Positions 33,209 to 45,464 are shown, numbered from the stretch's first letter. The stretch: DNA of 64,000 nt from Candidatus Omnitrophota bacterium (GCA_903843285.1 CAIMPC010000073.1:20578-84577); one strand, 5' to 3'. Numbers and translations: made by a program. Notes: generated by a model not told the origin, from the letters alone.

Positions 33209-34197
33209 ATAGAAAGGCAATAGTATTATTTTCGGGTGGGTTGGATAGTATACTCGCTGCGCGGCTCATGATGGAGCTGGGCGTTGAAATTCACTGCGTA
33301 ACTTACTTTATCGAGTTTGCTATGTGCGGAGGAGGACCGTCTGCGGCTGTCAAAGCTGCGAATATGCTGGGCGTGTCGTTAAAGGTAGTCGATATAACGG
33401 CCGAGTACCTCGAAATGTTTAAGAAGCCGAAGCATGGCTACGGCGCTAATATCAATCCGTGCATCGATTGTAAGATATTCATGCTAAAGAAGGCTAAGGA
33501 ATACATGCACGAAGTCGGTGCGTCATTTCTCGTGACGGGTGAAGTGCTGGGGGAGCGGCCTATGTCACAACGCAAGGACGCGCTCAATATAATCGAAAAA
33601 TGTGCGGGAGTGCGCGGCATATTGCTGAGGCCGTTGTGCGCAAAGCTGCTCACGCCTACTATTCCTGAAGCAGAAGGCGTTATTGATCGGGAGAAGCTTC
33701 TCGATATCAGAGGACGCAGCAGAAAGCCGCAATTTGCGCTTGCGGAAAAGTTTGGCATAAAAGAATATCCGAATCCTTCGGGAGGATGCCTTTTAACTGA
33801 CCCGGGATTCACCAAGCGCGTGCGTGATCTTATGGCCCACGAAGGACTGAGCGTTCGCGGCTTGGCACTGCTGAAAATGGGGCGTCACTTCCGGCTGGGC
33901 GAAACAACTAAGCTTATCATAGGAAGGGACAGTGAAGAGAATGATGGTTTGACACGGCTTCTAAAGAAAGGCGACATCTGTTTCAGGCTGAGGGACCATG
34001 AGGGGCCTCTTGCGGTCTTGATTGGGCCATGCGATGATGAGCTGATAAAACTCGCGGCCGCAATGGCGGCTCATCATACAAAGCATCGAGGTACGGATGC
34101 GCTGAATATGCTTTGCTGGAGCTATGGGCAGAGCGCCATGAGCGTTCTCGTCGTAAAGGCGTCGTCCGCCGATGAGATCGCCAAAGTAAGGATTTGA
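33205..34197 (+). CDS. ThiI-like PP-loop ATPase / sulfurtransferase (no THUMP domain) heading thiamine operon
   Basis: SGGLDS PP-loop at N-terminus, CIDCK...TGEVLGERPMSQRKDALN...LRPL resembles ThiI adenylation domain; ATGA overlap with rarA stop (ORF-track start 33181 is upstream in-frame). Confidence 0.55.
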   Translation: MNRKAIVLFSGGLDSILAARLMMELGVEIHCVTYFIEFAMCGGGPSAAVKAANMLGVSLKVVDITAEYLEMFKKPKHGYGANINPCIDCKIFMLKKAKEYMHEVGASFLVTGEVLGERPMSQRKDALNIIEKCAGVRGILLRPLCAKLLTPTIPEAEGVIDREKLLDIRGRSRKPQFALAEKFGIKEYPNPSGGCLLTDPGFTKRVRDLMAHEGLSVRGLALLKMGRHFRLGETTKLIIGRDSEENDGLTRLLKKGDICFRLRDHEGPLAVLIGPCDDELIKLAAAMAAHHTKHRGTDALNMLCWSYGQSAMSVLVVKASSADEIAKVRI

Positions 34198-34220
34198 CAG
34201 ATCCTCTCGGGAGTGTTTTA

Positions 34221-34895
34221 ATGAATAAAATGAAGAAAAAGATACGTGGTATAAAATCGGGCAGTCTTTATCTCGTCGTAAGCGAAGAATATGGGAACGG
34301 TAGGAGCGCGATAGAGATCGTCGAAGCCGCTATAGCCGGAGGTGTTGACATATTACAGCTTCGGGAAAAAAAGAAGTCCGGTCAGGAGCTGATAGAGTTA
34401 GGAACAAAAATTGCAAAACTCTGCAGAGACAGCGGTGTGATATTTATAGTTAACGACGATCCCATGCTTGCCAAGAGGGTTGATGCCGACGGAGTTCATT
34501 TGGGGCAGGAGGATATGGGCCGGTTCTCGGTAGAGATGGCCCGCGACGCTATCGGGCCGGACAGGATCATAGGCGTCTCAACACATTCTCTTGAGGAATT
34601 CAAAAAATCCTCGGCTGACGATGTTGATTATCTGGCTTTTGGACCGATATTCCAAACGAAGACAAAAACTTACTGCATAGGGACGAAAGAGATAAAGGAG
34701 ATAGTGGAATTTTCGGCCAGGCCGGTTTTTTTTATAGGCGGCATAGATCTGTCGAACATCGATAACGTGCTTGACGAAGGCGCCTGTAATATAGCGCTGA
34801 TACGGGGCATTACCGAAGCGGCTAATATATCGGTGAGGACCAAAGAATTTAAAGAAAAACTTAATAAGCATAACAAGGCCAAGAGGCGGGCGTGA
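34221..34895 (+). CDS. thiE: Thiamine-phosphate synthase
   Basis: GGVDILQLREKK...DGVHLGQED motifs; alternative TTG start at 34194. Confidence 0.8.
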   Translation: MNKMKKKIRGIKSGSLYLVVSEEYGNGRSAIEIVEAAIAGGVDILQLREKKKSGQELIELGTKIAKLCRDSGVIFIVNDDPMLAKRVDADGVHLGQEDMGRFSVEMARDAIGPDRIIGVSTHSLEEFKKSSADDVDYLAFGPIFQTKTKTYCIGTKEIKEIVEFSARPVFFIGGIDLSNIDNVLDEGACNIALIRGITEAANISVRTKEFKEKLNKHNKAKRRA

Positions 34896-35092
34896 ATATA
34901 AATATAAATGGAAAACAGGTAGAGGTCGAAGGCGTTAAAAACATTTTCGACGTTGTTAATAAGCGGGCTCTTGCGCCTGAAAAAATAGTGGTAGAGCATA
35001 ATCATTGTATCATCTCCAGAGAAGATTGGCATAAGGTTGCTTTGAGAGAGAACGATAATCTGGAGATAGTGAGTTTCGTAGGGGGAGGATAG
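34892..35092 (+). CDS. thiS: Sulfur carrier protein ThiS
   Basis: 66 aa ending in GG. Confidence 0.75.
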   Translation: MNININGKQVEVEGVKNIFDVVNKRALAPEKIVVEHNHCIISREDWHKVALRENDNLEIVSFVGGG

Positions 35093-35094
35093 TA

Positions 35095-35883
35095 GTGTCG
35101 GACCATTTAAATATAGGCGGTAAGGCGATAATCAACAGGCTCTTTATCGGAACGGGGAAGTATGCCGATTACGCGGTCATGGAACGCGCGCTGAAGGAGG
35201 CAAGGATTGAAGTGGCTACGGTCGCGTTAAGACGCGTTGACATCTCTGCCTCGGGCGAGAATATTTTAGATTATATCCCAAAGGATATAATCATTATGCC
35301 GAATACCTCAGGGGCAAGGACGGCGGATGAGGCAATACGTATGGCGCGCCTCGCCAGGGCGGGAGGATTGACGAATTGGATAAAGATAGAGGTTATACAG
35401 GATAATAAATATCTACTACCCGACAATCTCGAAACGGTCAAGGCTACGGAGGTCCTGGCGAAAGAGGGGTTCGTCGTATTGCCATACATGAGTCCGGATT
35501 TATCTATGGCCAGGCGGCTGGTAGATGCAGGAGCCAGCGCTATCATGCCGCTGGGATCGCCGATAGGCTCGAACCGTGGCGTGAAGACGAGAGAGCTCGT
35601 CGAAATATTGGTGCGTGAAATAAGAGTACCGGTTATTGTCGATGCCGGGCTCGGGTCACCATCGGACGCATGTGAATGCATGGAGATGGGATGCGCCGCG
35701 GTGCTTGTAAATACGGCTATCGCGGTAGCAGAAGATCCCGTAGGAATGGCCAAGGCCTTTGCGAGCGCTGTATGGGCTGGTCGACTGGCATACGTTTCAG
35801 GGTTGCCGGCAAGTTCCGCAAAAGCGAATGCCTCCTCACCGCTTACCGGATTCCTCCGGGACGACGTGAATAAATCCGCATGA
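35095..35883 (+). CDS. thiG: Thiazole synthase
   Basis: 262 aa; TIM-barrel ThiG motifs (IMPNTSG, conserved Lys region). Confidence 0.9.
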   Translation: MSDHLNIGGKAIINRLFIGTGKYADYAVMERALKEARIEVATVALRRVDISASGENILDYIPKDIIIMPNTSGARTADEAIRMARLARAGGLTNWIKIEVIQDNKYLLPDNLETVKATEVLAKEGFVVLPYMSPDLSMARRLVDAGASAIMPLGSPIGSNRGVKTRELVEILVREIRVPVIVDAGLGSPSDACECMEMGCAAVLVNTAIAVAEDPVGMAKAFASAVWAGRLAYVSGLPASSAKANASSPLTGFLRDDVNKSA

Positions 35884-36995
35884 GTTATTATGATACATAT
35901 CTGCGTTACAGAGAGTGCGACTGGAACAGCCTTTTTGCCGAACCATCCGAGCGCCTTGTAAATAATGCCTTAGATGACGAAGAAGTCACGGTAGAGCAAT
36001 TTTTGGCCATGCTCTCGAAAAATGCTGTACCACGCCTGGAGGAGATGGCCCGCCGGGCCCACGAACTGACCTTAAGATATTTCGGCCGCACCATACAACT
36101 CTACACCCCGCTCTATCTTTCTAACTATTGCGACAATAGATGCGTCTATTGCGGATTTAATGCAGATAATGCTATCAGTAGGAAGCTGTTGTCAGCTGAA
36201 GATCTGGAGCGCGAAGCATCCCTCATATCAGCCACGGGGCTAAAGCACATACTGGTCCTTACGGGTGAGTCGAGGCAGATGAGCCCGGTGAGTTATATTA
36301 AAGAGTGCATTGAAATATTGCGCAAATACTTCACGTCCATATCGATAGAGATATATGCGCTTACCGAAAATGAATATGCGGAACTCGTTGGTGCCGGAGT
36401 GGACGGCCTTACGATATATCAGGAAGTTTACGACGAGAATATATACGCCGAAATGCATCCGATCGGACCGAAGAGTGACTATAGGTTCAGGCTCGACGCC
36501 CCAGAACGTGGCGCGCGCGCAGGCATTAGAGTTGTTAATGTAGGTGTTTTGTTCGGCCTCGACGATTGGCGCAAAGAAACATTCCTTATGGGGCTGCACG
36601 CAAAATATCTTCAAGATAAGTTTCCCGATGTCGAGGTAGGCGCATCGATACCGAGGCTACAGCCCCACGCGGGCAGTTTTATTTCCACGCACGTTGTGAC
36701 GGATGCCGATATAGTGCAGGCGATACTGGCACTGCGCATATTTCTTCCGAGATTATCGTTAACCATTTCGACCAGAGAGAGCGCGCGATTTCGGGAAAAT
36801 ATCTTGCCGCTGGGGATTACACGCATGTCCGCCGGATCGAGTACATGCGTGGGAGGGCACACTGCCGAAGCTATTGGGCCTGGCGAGAGGGTTCCGCAGT
36901 TTGAGATATCGGATATGCGCGATGTAGCCGGCATTAAAGAGATGCTGAAGAATAGAGGGTATCAGCCTGTGATGAAGGATTGGGTAAGCGTATGA
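35880..36995 (+). CDS. thiH: 2-iminoacetate synthase (radical SAM)
   Basis: 371 aa; [10 protein letters not shown] radical-SAM cluster motif; ThiH/BioB-like. Confidence 0.85.
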   Translation: MSYYDTYLRYRECDWNSLFAEPSERLVNNALDDEEVTVEQFLAMLSKNAVPRLEEMARRAHELTLRYFGRTIQLYTPLYLSNYCDNRCVYCGFNADNAISRKLLSAEDLEREASLISATGLKHILVLTGESRQMSPVSYIKECIEILRKYFTSISIEIYALTENEYAELVGAGVDGLTIYQEVYDENIYAEMHPIGPKSDYRFRLDAPERGARAGIRVVNVGVLFGLDDWRKETFLMGLHAKYLQDKFPDVEVGASIPRLQPHAGSFISTHVVTDADIVQAILALRIFLPRLSLTISTRESARFRENILPLGITRMSAGSSTCVGGHTAEAIGPGERVPQFEISDMRDVAGIKEMLKNRGYQPVMKDWVSV

Positions 36996-37600
36996 GCGCG
37001 GGCGCCTTTCGGGCAAATCTTATAAATAAACTGGGAAGTGAAAACTTTGGCAAAATACAGGATACGACGGTTGGCATAGCCGGGGCGGGCGGATTGGGCT
37101 CGAATTGCGCCTTGAACCTGGTTAGGGCGGGCGTAAAAAAGTTCATAATTATAGATTTCGATCGTGTTGAGCCGTCGAACCTGGACAGGCAGTTCTATTT
37201 TTTAGATCAGGTGGGAATGGTGAAGGTCGAAGCGCTGAAAAATAATCTGCTCAGAATTAATCCGGATCTAGAGTTGACACTCATAAGTAAGAAGGTGGCC
37301 AAGGATAATGTTGAAGAGCTATTTCATGGATGCGACATTGTAGCTGAGTGTCTGGACATGGCAGAGTCGAAACGAATGCTTGTAGAAGAGCTGATGAAGA
37401 TGGGCAAATTCATTGTATCAGCTTCCGGGTTAGGCGGCATAGGCTCAAGCGATGAAATAAAGACGCACGTTATTAAAAAGAATCTTATTATGATCGGAGA
37501 CCTGAAATCCGATATCTGCAACAAACCAGCCCTTTCCCCGCGCGTTAACGTAGCCGCCGCAAAACAAGCCGACGCCATTCTCGAACGAATCCTTTCCTGA
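36992..37600 (+). CDS. thiF: ThiS/MoaD adenylyltransferase (ThiF/MoeB family)
   Basis: GIAGAGGLGSNCALNLVRAGV Rossmann motif, DFDRVEPSNLDRQ; ATGA overlap with thiH (ORF-track start 36980). Confidence 0.8.
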   Translation: MSAGAFRANLINKLGSENFGKIQDTTVGIAGAGGLGSNCALNLVRAGVKKFIIIDFDRVEPSNLDRQFYFLDQVGMVKVEALKNNLLRINPDLELTLISKKVAKDNVEELFHGCDIVAECLDMAESKRMLVEELMKMGKFIVSASGLGGIGSSDEIKTHVIKKNLIMIGDLKSDICNKPALSPRVNVAAAKQADAILERILS

Positions 37601-37606
37601 GACTCA

Positions 37607-37767
37607 CTTGTACCGTTTGCAATTTTAAACCTTCACACTGTCCCCTTTTTTAAGATTAAGGCTGTCCCTGAATATGATTATAAGTATCTATAAAATATAG
37701 GGTGGGGACACGTTTAATATTAAAAAAGGGGACATGTTAAAGGTTGGATTCCCCAAACGGTACAAAG
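37607..37767. repeat. Nested imperfect palindrome (~160 bp) with outer 13-bp arms CTTGTACCGTTTG / CAAACGGTACAAG and inner TGTCCCCTTTTTT / AAAAAAGGGGACA plus further GTCCC/GGGAC copies
   Basis: Read directly: outer arms 37607..37619 and 37754..37767; inner arms around 37638..37652 and 37719..37733; centre AT-rich. Confidence 0.7.
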
Positions 37768-37797
37768 TAGTTTATTTTAGGAAAACACTTGACAAAA

Positions 37798-37825
37798 TCT
37801 TGTTTGAAGGTATAATATGACTAAG
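37798..37825 (+). promoter_or_regulatory. Sigma-70 promoter TTGACA-16-TATAAT for rrf2 operon
   Basis: ttgaca 37798..37803, tataat 37820..37825. Confidence 0.7.
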
Positions 37826-37827
37826 TT

Positions 37828-37849
37828 AATCATATTAGTCGTATTCAAA
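37828..37849. promoter_or_regulatory. Palindromic operator candidate GACTAA-N10-TTAGTC between -10 and start codon (Rrf2 autoregulation)
   Basis: gactaagttaatcatattagtc; position and symmetry typical of Rrf2 (IscR/CymR) sites. Confidence 0.5.
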
Positions 37850-37865
37850 TATCGGAGAAGGATTT

Positions 37866-38321
37866 ATGAAGATCACATATAAAGGGGATTATGCACTAAA
37901 GGCGATGCTCGAACTTGCCTTGCGCTACGAAGAAAATAGCGATAGCATAATTCCTATTAACGAAATAGTGAAGTTCGGTGATATGCCCAAGAAATTCTTA
38001 GAGCAGATACTGTTAACCCTGGTAAGGGCGGGATTTGTGAAATCAAAGCGTGGCTCAGGCGGTGGGTTCTATCTGGCACGATCTCCTAAAGACATAACGA
38101 TCGGGGAGGTCATCAGGTTAATAGAGGGCCCGATCGAGCCGATCGCATGTGTAAAAGAAGGATACCACGGCTGTGCCGATGTCAGAACCTGTATATTAAG
38201 GAATGTTTGGCAGGAGGTCGCGCAAGGTATTTCGGTGGTGGTAGACACAATTACTTTTCAAGATCTGGTCGGTCGATACAAAGCGAAGACTCGGAGCAGT
38301 AGCTACGAGTATATTATATAA
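37866..38321 (+). CDS. Rrf2-family transcriptional regulator (IscR/CymR-like, three Cys)
   Basis: 151 aa; Rrf2 wHTH (ALKAMLELA...ILLTLVRAGFVKSKRGSGGGFYLAR), Cys cluster CVKEGYHGCADVRTC. Confidence 0.85.
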   Translation: MKITYKGDYALKAMLELALRYEENSDSIIPINEIVKFGDMPKKFLEQILLTLVRAGFVKSKRGSGGGFYLARSPKDITIGEVIRLIEGPIEPIACVKEGYHGCADVRTCILRNVWQEVAQGISVVVDTITFQDLVGRYKAKTRSSSYEYII

Positions 38322-38350
38322 GGAAGATGGAATATAAAAACGGGAGGTAG

Positions 38351-39649
<1,299 letters not shown>

Positions 39650-39668
39650 TAATATCTGAAAGGCAGAC

Positions 39669-40604
39669 ATGGCTAGAATATTTAAAGATATAACTGAAAC
39701 GGTAGGGCATACACCGCTTGTCAGGATCAATAAGTTGACATCGGGTTCAAAGGCAACGGTGCTGGCGAAGCTCGAGAGCTTTAATCCGATGTCGAGCGTG
39801 AAGGACAGAATAGGTGTTAACATGATAGCGTCCGCCGAAGAGTGCGGTATATTGAAAAAAGGCGCTGTTATCATAGAACCGACGAGCGGTAACACCGGAA
39901 TAGCGCTTGCATTCGCATCCGCTGCCAAGGGATATAAGCTAATATTGACGATGCCGGATACGATGAGCGTCGAAAGAAGACAATTATTGAAGATTCTCGG
40001 AGCTGAGATAGTCCTGACGGAGGGCGTTAAGGGCATGAAGGGAGCTGTAGATAAGGCGGAGGAGCTTGCTAAAAATACGCCGGGCAGTTTTATACCTCAG
40101 CAGTTCAATAATCCATCGAATCCCGATATACACAGGCGGACCACAGCGGAAGAGATCTGGGATGATACGGACGGCAAAGTCGACGCATTCGTTGCCGGCA
40201 TAGGAACCGGCGGGACAATAACAGGCGTGGGAGAGGTGCTTAAGAAACGAAACCCTTTCGTTAAAATAATAGGCGTTGAACCCATCGATTCACCTGTGCT
40301 TTCGGGTGGTGAGCCCGGCCCTCACAAGATCCAGGGCATAGGCGCCGGATTCGTTCCAAAAGTATTGAATATGAAGTTATTGGATGAGATAATAAAGGTG
40401 TCGAGTGAAGATTCCGGCACCGTTGCCAAAAACCTGGCTCGCCAGGAGGGAATCTTTGTCGGCATATCCAGCGGTGCTGCGATGTGGGCGGCATTAGAGG
40501 TAGCTAAAAGAAAAGAGTTTGAAGGACGTACTATAGTGGTAGTGCTTCCCGACACGGGGGAACGCTATCTCTCAACGTGGTTATTTCAGGAGTTCTTAGG
40601 ATGA
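39669..40604 (+). CDS. cysK: Cysteine synthase A (O-acetylserine sulfhydrylase)
   Basis: 311 aa; [11 protein letters not shown]-lysine motif, GNTGIALA. Confidence 0.9.
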   Translation: MARIFKDITETVGHTPLVRINKLTSGSKATVLAKLESFNPMSSVKDRIGVNMIASAEECGILKKGAVIIEPTSGNTGIALAFASAAKGYKLILTMPDTMSVERRQLLKILGAEIVLTEGVKGMKGAVDKAEELAKNTPGSFIPQQFNNPSNPDIHRRTTAEEIWDDTDGKVDAFVAGIGTGGTITGVGEVLKKRNPFVKIIGVEPIDSPVLSGGEPGPHKIQGIGAGFVPKVLNMKLLDEIIKVSSEDSGTVAKNLARQEGIFVGISSGAAMWAALEVAKRKEFEGRTIVVVLPDTGERYLSTWLFQEFLG

Positions 40605-41746
40605 CAGATAAGAAACATAGCTTAGACACAGTGAATATTCAATACTACACATTTGCCGAACATCCAAACGAGCTGAAGCTCGTCTCAGGCAAAAGCCTGG
40701 GCCCCATCACGCTTGCCTACGAGACATATGGAGAATTGAATAAAGAAAAGTCCAATGCCATCCTCGTAGGACATGCCTTATCGGGCGATGCGCATGCCGC
40801 AGGATTTCATAAGGGCGACAAAAATCCCGGCTGGTGGGATGGCCTGATAGGGCCACAGAAGGCGATCGATACCGATAAATATTTTGTCATCTGTTCCAAC
40901 GTTATCGGAGGTTGTAAGGGAAGCACAGGACCTGCGTCGATAAATCCTAAGACCAGCAAGCCGTACGGTCTCGATTTTCCAATAATCACGATCGAGGATA
41001 TGGTTAGGGCCGAGAAATATCTTATAGACCATCTGGGCATAAAAAGACTGCTCTCCGTGATAGGCGGATCGATGGGTGGGATGCAGGCCCTACAATGGGT
41101 TGCGTTATATCCGGATCATGTGCAGAGCGCCATACCTATAGCGACCGCGCTAAAGCATTCTCCTCAGCAAATAGCATTTGATGAGGTTGGCAGACAAGCG
41201 GTGATGGCTGATCCGACATGGAATAAGGGGGACTACTATGACAAACCGGATAAGCCTGAGAAGGGTCTGGCGGTAGCGCGCATGATAGGCCACATTACAT
41301 ATATGAGCGATACATCGATGGAGGAGAAGTTCTCCCGGCGTCTTAAGGATAAAGACTACAACTTCGATTTCACAGCGGATTTTGAAGTCGAGGGTTATTT
41401 AAGGTACAGGGGCGATAATTTCGTCAAGAGATTCGACCCGAATTCGTATCTTTATATAACTAAGGCCATGGACTACTTCGATGTCTCAGGCGAAAAGCTT
41501 ATATCTAAGGCAAAGGCCTCGAGCGTCAGATTTTTGGTGATAGCGTTTAAGTCGGACTGGCTCTATCCACCTTACCAGGTTCAGGATATCGTCAGACAGC
41601 TCAAAATTAAAGGTTGTGACGCAACGTATTGCGAAGTGAAGTCGACCTATGGCCATGATGCGTTCCTTCTGGAGATCGAGGAGGAGACGCACCTGATTAA
41701 GCATTTTCTAAACAAGACTTTTCACGGGTATAACGTAGTGAGGTAA
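40601..41746 (+). CDS. metX: Homoserine O-acetyltransferase (alpha/beta hydrolase)
   Basis: [12 protein letters not shown] nucleophile elbow, MetX family; ATGA overlap with cysK (ORF-track start 40577). Confidence 0.85.
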   Translation: MTDKKHSLDTVNIQYYTFAEHPNELKLVSGKSLGPITLAYETYGELNKEKSNAILVGHALSGDAHAAGFHKGDKNPGWWDGLIGPQKAIDTDKYFVICSNVIGGCKGSTGPASINPKTSKPYGLDFPIITIEDMVRAEKYLIDHLGIKRLLSVIGGSMGGMQALQWVALYPDHVQSAIPIATALKHSPQQIAFDEVGRQAVMADPTWNKGDYYDKPDKPEKGLAVARMIGHITYMSDTSMEEKFSRRLKDKDYNFDFTADFEVEGYLRYRGDNFVKRFDPNSYLYITKAMDYFDVSGEKLISKAKASSVRFLVIAFKSDWLYPPYQVQDIVRQLKIKGCDATYCEVKSTYGHDAFLLEIEEETHLIKHFLNKTFHGYNVVR

Positions 41747-41747
41747 T

Positions 41748-42341
41748 ATGAGCTTCGATCCTATAAGCCTGGATCACAGAATCATATATCAGCTGATCGC
41801 CCCTGGCGCCAGGGTGCTGGATCTCGGTTGTGGCGATGGGGAGCTCATGTACCTTTTGGCTAAGGATAAGAATGTCAAGGTTCAGGGGATCGAGATCGAC
41901 GAGGAAGCGATATATAAATGTGTAGCCAGAGGCTTGAGTGTTTTTCATGGTGATATCGACAGCGGATTAAAAGAGTACCCCGACGATTCGTTCGACTATG
42001 TGATACTAAATCAGGCCATGCAGCAGGCTAAGAAAGCAGACTTTGTGATCACGGAAGCGCTCAGGGTCGGGAAGAAACTGATCATCGGATTTCCAAACTT
42101 TGGCCACATAAATGCGCGGGTCAGCCTATTCTTCAGAGGAAAGACGCCCGTGACGCCGTCACTACCATACCGCTGGTACAATACGCCCAACCTGCATTTT
42201 CTGACGATAAGTGATTTTAAATCATACTGCGCCGACAGAAAGATAAAAATATTGGAAAGTCGATATCTCAGCGGCAATAGAATAGTGTATATCTGGCCGA
42301 ATTTATTTGCGACCGACGCGATATTCGAGATGACAAAATAG
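41748..42341 (+). CDS. metW: Methionine biosynthesis protein MetW
   Basis: 197 aa; SAM-MTase-like GCGDGEL, typical metX partner. Confidence 0.8.
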   Translation: MSFDPISLDHRIIYQLIAPGARVLDLGCGDGELMYLLAKDKNVKVQGIEIDEEAIYKCVARGLSVFHGDIDSGLKEYPDDSFDYVILNQAMQQAKKADFVITEALRVGKKLIIGFPNFGHINARVSLFFRGKTPVTPSLPYRWYNTPNLHFLTISDFKSYCADRKIKILESRYLSGNRIVYIWPNLFATDAIFEMTK

Positions 42342-42631
42342 TGGTAAAAAATAAAAAAATCAAAGTCGGCGACAGAAGTGTCGAAGCGCTCCTATTCGAG
42401 CTGTCGGATAAAAATCTTATAGTCTTAAGGGGTTCCCGTGGCTATATCATGTGCGGCTATCTGAATTTAAAAGTGGCTGAGAATTTCAAGGATGTTGCTG
42501 TCAAGATAACGGGTGTATCTACGATAGAAGGGGCTCTTGGCGCTGTCGTTCATTCCTGCACGAGCCGAGCGCGCGGGCTGGGAATCCATAAAGGGCAGAA
42601 GATTACGGACGTATTGGGTATCATCGCCTGA
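42341..42631 (+). CDS. DUF1805 (YunC-like) domain protein
   Basis: 96 aa; LIVLRGSRGYIMCGYLN...GV pattern of DUF1805. Confidence 0.55.
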   Translation: MVKNKKIKVGDRSVEALLFELSDKNLIVLRGSRGYIMCGYLNLKVAENFKDVAVKITGVSTIEGALGAVVHSCTSRARGLGIHKGQKITDVLGIIA

Positions 42632-42662
42632 GTAGCAGTCGACAGGAAGGACCGTTTTCCGG

Positions 42663-43583
42663 ATGGAACACTTTATTCATATATTTCTACACTATCTTAA
42701 AGAGGTCGTGCCGGCTCTGGCCGCGGGATTTTTGATAAGCGGTATCGTCCATGAGCTGGTGCCGGAGGACATAGTAGGCAAGTATCTCGGTTCCGGCGGA
42801 ATCATGCCGATATTTTATGCAAGCCTTATCGGGACACTTCTGCCCATATGCTGTTGGGGTACGCTTCCCATAGCCGTAAGCTTCTATAAAAAAGGAGCGA
42901 AGCTCGGGCCCGTGCTGGCATTTCTCGTGGCTACACCCGCGACTTCGATAAGCGCACTACTCGTCTCCTACAGCATTATGGGACCGCTATTCACCGTCTA
43001 TATATTCTTTGCCGTAATAATAATGGGAATCACGGTAGGTTTGGTCGGCAATTCCATCAAATACACCCAAAGGGTCTCCGAAGAACCTGCCAAATGTTCG
43101 CATTGCGAGCGCGACCCCGGGCATATCCACATGCATAAAAAGAAGACGGCAGGTGGGCGAGCCGTATCTATTTTAAAATATGCATGCATAAAGATGCCGC
43201 AGGAAATAGGCCTGGAGCTCTTTGTCGGTCTTATCCTGGCATCTTTTGTGGCGGTATTCCTGCCGATAGGAAATTTTATAAAGACATTTCTGGGTAATTG
43301 GATCGGTTACGCCTTCGCCATAATATTCGGAATCCTGACATACATATGCTCTACGGCCACCGTGCCCCTCGTAGACAGCCTCGTGCGTCAGGGCATGAAT
43401 GTGGGCGCCGGAATGACTCTTCTCCTGATTGGCCCGGTAACGAGTTACGGCACCATCCTTGTGTTGTATAAGGAGTATGGGAGTAAAGTCCTGGTGATAT
43501 TTTTAGTGACATTGATAATAGTATCGCTTACACTAGGCGTTGGTTTTGAGGCGATAGTTAATCATCTTCATCATCCCGTCTAA
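42663..43583 (+). CDS. DUF318-family permease (predicted redox/thiol-associated membrane permease)
   Basis: 306 aa multi-TM with CC motif (LPICCWGTLP) and duplicated halves characteristic of DUF318/YraQ permeases. Confidence 0.65.
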   Translation: MEHFIHIFLHYLKEVVPALAAGFLISGIVHELVPEDIVGKYLGSGGIMPIFYASLIGTLLPICCWGTLPIAVSFYKKGAKLGPVLAFLVATPATSISALLVSYSIMGPLFTVYIFFAVIIMGITVGLVGNSIKYTQRVSEEPAKCSHCERDPGHIHMHKKKTAGGRAVSILKYACIKMPQEIGLELFVGLILASFVAVFLPIGNFIKTFLGNWIGYAFAIIFGILTYICSTATVPLVDSLVRQGMNVGAGMTLLLIGPVTSYGTILVLYKEYGSKVLVIFLVTLIIVSLTLGVGFEAIVNHLHHPV

Positions 43584-43644
43584 AAAGAAGACTATATTGT
43601 CTTTTAGCGGCATAGTGATATAATGAAGCATAGGTAGGAGATGT

Positions 43645-43878
43645 ATGCGACAGAAGAGAGCCATTTTAATAATATCAATCCTTATAGTAGCCGGTGCGAC
43701 TATTTACGGGATTGTGGTGAGAGCAGTTCACGCTCAGGGCGCCGGAGACCATCCCGAGACAACGTTCTCGGAAAAGCTCGGCACTATCCTACAGAACCAG
43801 AAGTCTATAATGGAAGACCTCGCCTCGATTAAAGAGGACCTCAGGATCATAAAGATAAGAGTGACACAGTCCCAATAG
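43645..43878 (+). CDS. Small membrane-anchored hypothetical protein
   Basis: 77 aa, N-terminal TM, helical C-terminus. Confidence 0.4.
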   Translation: MRQKRAILIISILIVAGATIYGIVVRAVHAQGAGDHPETTFSEKLGTILQNQKSIMEDLASIKEDLRIIKIRVTQSQ

Positions 43879-43918
43879 CGCCTATGGCAAACACGCGCAA
43901 ATAATAAGGGTAGTTTTA

Positions 43919-44638
43919 ATGGCGGGAGAACATGTAGCGTATCTGGGAGCATTTACGGCAGGAGTGCTGACATTTCTTTCGCCGTGCATATTTCCCCTGA
44001 TACCTTCGTTTATAGCGTATATAGCCGGCGTCTCTTACAGCGAATTGACCGACGAGCAGAAAGATGTGCGCAGGAAGACGGTATCGCACACCATATTCTT
44101 TATTATAGGATTCTCGGTCGTATTTATTTTATTGGGGCTTACCGCAACAGCGGTAGGTAAGGCGCTCTTCGCGTATCAAAAGTTTATCAGAATTGCCGGC
44201 GGCGCGCTTATAATAATATTCGGCATAACATTGACCGGTATTATTAAGATGGGGTTTCTGGAAAAGAGCCTCCATATGCAATTTCGCGCCAAGAAAGCGA
44301 ATTATATAGGTTCTTTTTTGATCGGTGTGACATTTGCCGCGGCATGGACGCCCTGCGCCGGGCCGCTATTCGGGTCTATACTCGTGATAGCCGGGACCGA
44401 GGGTAGTGTGATCGAGGGCGCGAAATTACTGGCATTATATTCCCTGGGCATAGGAGTCCCGTTTCTGATCACGGCTTTGGCAATGCAGACGTTCCTGGCT
44501 TACTTAAACCGGTTCAAAAAAATAATGATGTATATTAATAGGGCCGCCGGCGCTATTCTCATAGTAGTCGGAATCCTTATAATAACGGATTCGCTGAATG
44601 TAATTACTGAGCGGATAGTGAGAATATTCGTAAAATAA
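43919..44638 (+). CDS. ccdA: Cytochrome c-type biogenesis / thiol-disulfide transporter CcdA (DsbD family)
   Basis: 239 aa; FLSPCIFPLIP and WTPCAGP conserved Cys motifs. Confidence 0.85.
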   Translation: MAGEHVAYLGAFTAGVLTFLSPCIFPLIPSFIAYIAGVSYSELTDEQKDVRRKTVSHTIFFIIGFSVVFILLGLTATAVGKALFAYQKFIRIAGGALIIIFGITLTGIIKMGFLEKSLHMQFRAKKANYIGSFLIGVTFAAAWTPCAGPLFGSILVIAGTEGSVIEGAKLLALYSLGIGVPFLITALAMQTFLAYLNRFKKIMMYINRAAGAILIVVGILIITDSLNVITERIVRIFVK

Positions 44639-44652
44639 TGGGAGGGCAGGTA

Positions 44653-45147
44653 ATGAGAAAGAGCACATTGGTTGTTATGCTTAGTTTGATTGTTCCGGCA
44701 ATTCTGCTGTACGGATGCGCGAGTATCTCCGCCCAGGACCAGTCGGCCCCGGATATTAAATTGCAAGATATTAAAGGTAACGCTATCCAGCTGTCCAGTT
44801 TTAAAGGCAAGGTCATAATACTCGACTTCTTTGCCACATGGTGCCCTCCATGCAGGCAGGAGATACCCGACTTCATCGCCCTTCAGGAAGAGTATAAAGA
44901 TAAGGATTTCGTCATGATAGGAGTTTCGCTAACTCCGCTGGATGACGTAAAGCCATTTACAGAAAAACTCGGTATTAATTATACCGTTCTTATCGGAGAC
45001 GATAAAGCGGAGAGCGCTTATGGTCCGATAAGGTCGATACCAACGACGTTCGTAATCGATAAAGATTTTAAGGTAGCGAAGAAGTATATAGGTTTCAGGG
45101 CAAAAGAAGTTTTTGAAAACGATGTTAAAGAGCTTTTGAGTAAATAG
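44653..45147 (+). CDS. Thioredoxin-fold thiol:disulfide oxidoreductase (TlpA/ResA family) lipoprotein
   Basis: WCPPCRQE active site, lipobox LYGCAS; SD gggagggcagg before ATG 44653 (ORF-track 44638). Confidence 0.85.
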   Translation: MRKSTLVVMLSLIVPAILLYGCASISAQDQSAPDIKLQDIKGNAIQLSSFKGKVIILDFFATWCPPCRQEIPDFIALQEEYKDKDFVMIGVSLTPLDDVKPFTEKLGINYTVLIGDDKAESAYGPIRSIPTTFVIDKDFKVAKKYIGFRAKEVFENDVKELLSK

Positions 45148-45160
45148 AAAGGAAATAACA

Positions 45161-45382
45161 ATGAAAGAGAAGATAGGGAAGGCGCTTGCAAAGGTAAGGG
45201 CGGGACTGCAACAAGACGGTGGTGACATCGAGTTCGTCTCTATAGAGAGCGGAGTGGTGAAGGTCCGGCTGAAAGGCGCATGCGCGGGCTGTCCGATGAG
45301 CCAAATGACGCTGGCTAACTTCGTAGAGCGAGAACTCAAAGCCGCAGTGCCGGAGATCACGCGCGTCGAGCCGGTGATATAG
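45161..45382 (+). CDS. NifU C-terminal-like domain protein
   Basis: 73 aa; GACAGCPMS CxxC motif of Nfu/NifU C-terminal domain. Confidence 0.75.
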   Translation: MKEKIGKALAKVRAGLQQDGGDIEFVSIESGVVKVRLKGACAGCPMSQMTLANFVERELKAAVPEITRVEPVI

Positions 45383-45464
45383 GGGGAGATCGTTTAATAG
45401 GAAAGCGTTGGCGGTCAATTAACCACTACCATGTAGCATAAACAATTTAACGTAGAGAGGTAAA

